38,523 bases of DNA. It comes from an uncultured Sphaerobacteraceae bacterium. Its GTDB lineage: Bacteria; Chloroflexota; Chloroflexia; Thermomicrobiales; UBA6265. The DNA is taken from assembly GCA_964624125.1 (NCBI GenBank), contig CAZVAA010000002.1, positions 1 through 38,523 of the forward strand. The letters run 5' to 3'. The position numbers and the translations under genes are program-made. Numbering within the stretch: position 1 is the first letter of the stretch; each line of letters starts with the position of its first letter. This document shows positions 37,734 through 38,523 of the stretch, in pieces. The notes under the pieces were generated by a model. That model was given only the letters and a program-made list of their open reading frames with translations, was not told where the DNA came from and did no database searches.

Positions 37734-38523
37734 GGTGCGCTACCTCTCCGTTCACCATCGTCATCACGGCGCGACCGCGCAGTGTCATTCCGAGGAGTGG
37801 TGTGTTCTTGCTCTTCGTCTTCAGCGCGTCCGCCGTTACCGTCCATTCCGCGTCCGGATCAAACACGGTGATATCAGCCGTCGCGCCCGCCGCGAGGGAC
37901 GGCGCATCCACGCGGAGGATCTTCGCCGGTTCGGTCGTCCAGCGACGTATCAACTCCATCGCATCAAGATGCCCCGCACGAACCAGCGCATAGCTGAGCG
38001 GGAACGCGAATTCCAGTCCGCTCAGGCCAAACGCCGCCGTCTGGTAGTCGCCCTGCTTGTCGCTCGCGGCATGCGGCGCGTGATCCGTGCCGAAGCAGTC
38101 GAACCAACCATCCTGCAGCGCCTTCAGGAGCATACGCGTATCCTCCTGCGGTCGCAGCGGCGGGTTGACCTTGGTGTTCGGGTCGCCTGGTTGACCCCGC
38201 TCACCTGCCGGCTCGTTCGTGTTGTGCAACTCCCTGCTCCCGGCAACCCATTCATCGCTCATCACGAGATGGTGCGTCATGACCTCGGCGGTGACATTCA
38301 CCCCTCGCTGCTTCGCCTCGTGGATCAGCTCGATGCCCCGGCCCGTGCTGACATGGCAGACATGCAGCCATCCACCGGTCAACTCGGCGAGCATCAGGTC
38401 TCGCGCGATAATGATCTCCTCCGCGGCCGACGGAATCCCCTCGATGCCAAGCTCGCGGGAGATCTCGCCCTCGTGCATCGCGCCGGACGCCAACGGCTTG
38501 TCCTCGCAATGCACGATCACCGG
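37726..38523 (-). CDS. pyrC: Dihydroorotase, C-terminal ~265 codons; the 5' end lies beyond the right window edge
   Basis: HCEDKPL, LHVCHVST, TAEVMTHHL, GTDHAPH. The frame stays open to position 38523. It overlaps the carA start by 8 nt. Confidence 0.9.
   Translation of the reverse strand, partial: PVIVHCEDKPLASGAMHEGEISRELGIEGIPSAAEEIIIARDLMLAELTGGWLHVCHVSTGRGIELIHEAKQRGVNVTAEVMTHHLVMSDEWVAGSRELHNTNEPAGERGQPGDPNTKVNPPLRPQEDTRMLLKALQDGWFDCFGTDHAPHAASDKQGDYQTAAFGLSGLEFAFPLSYALVRAGHLDAMELIRRWTTEPAKILRVDAPSLAAGATADITVFDPDAEWTVTADALKTKSKNTPLLGMTLRGRAVMTMVNGEVAHRA

Overview
High-GC (roughly 60-65% by eye), densely packed bacterial chromosomal window with strong GGAGG-type ribosome-binding sites. 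About 31 protein genes and one tRNA, almost all core housekeeping. Most lie on the minus strand in tightly coupled operons.

Left to right:
- Thiolase (3'-truncated by the window edge) and acyl-CoA dehydrogenase.
- birA, a CNNM/CorC-type CBS transporter, prs and glmU, headed by tRNA-Gln(UUG).
- A divergent NrtR-like Nudix regulator plus NAD kinase.
- A four-gene minus-strand block: R3H/AAA ATPase (Ycf45/SpoIIIAA-like), tmk, the c-di-AMP receptor DarA, and a PLDc_N/zinc-ribbon membrane protein.
- A tandem GNAT-like protein and recR.
- A small double-CxxC zinc-ribbon protein.
- ftsK, RNase J and a family-4 uracil-DNA glycosylase.
- A large secreted PIG-L/LmbE-type deacetylase with carbohydrate-binding-like domains, next to a CUT1-type sugar ABC importer (two permeases and a Tat-signal binding protein, no ATPase gene).
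- A DEDDh-exonuclease/GIY-YIG (DnaQ-Cho-like) fusion, divergent from ligA.
- A small helical ORF.
- A pyrimidine operon, pyrC(partial)-carA-carB-pyrK-pyrD-pyrE.

Gene content, synteny (tmk-darA, pyrK/pyrD class 1B) and a Cheo-type SOS box suggest a monoderm-type high-GC lineage such as Chloroflexota/Thermomicrobia. This is inference from memory only.

I see no CRISPR array, transposase, integrase, prophage or recognisable defence module, and no convincing evidence for a wholly new multi-gene system. This looks like an ordinary core-genome region.

The items most worth a second look are:
1. A perfect GAAC-N4-GTTC SOS box on the recR promoter.
2. The exonuclease-Cho fusion opposite ligA.
3. NrtR translationally coupled to NAD kinase and divergent from the prs operon.
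4. The DarA-linked membrane zinc-ribbon gene.
5. The secreted LmbE-like deacetylase locus.
6. A ~190-nt structured leader in the AT-rich recR/zinc-ribbon intergenic region.

The many long ORFs antisense to real genes in the ORF track are high-GC shadow ORFs.
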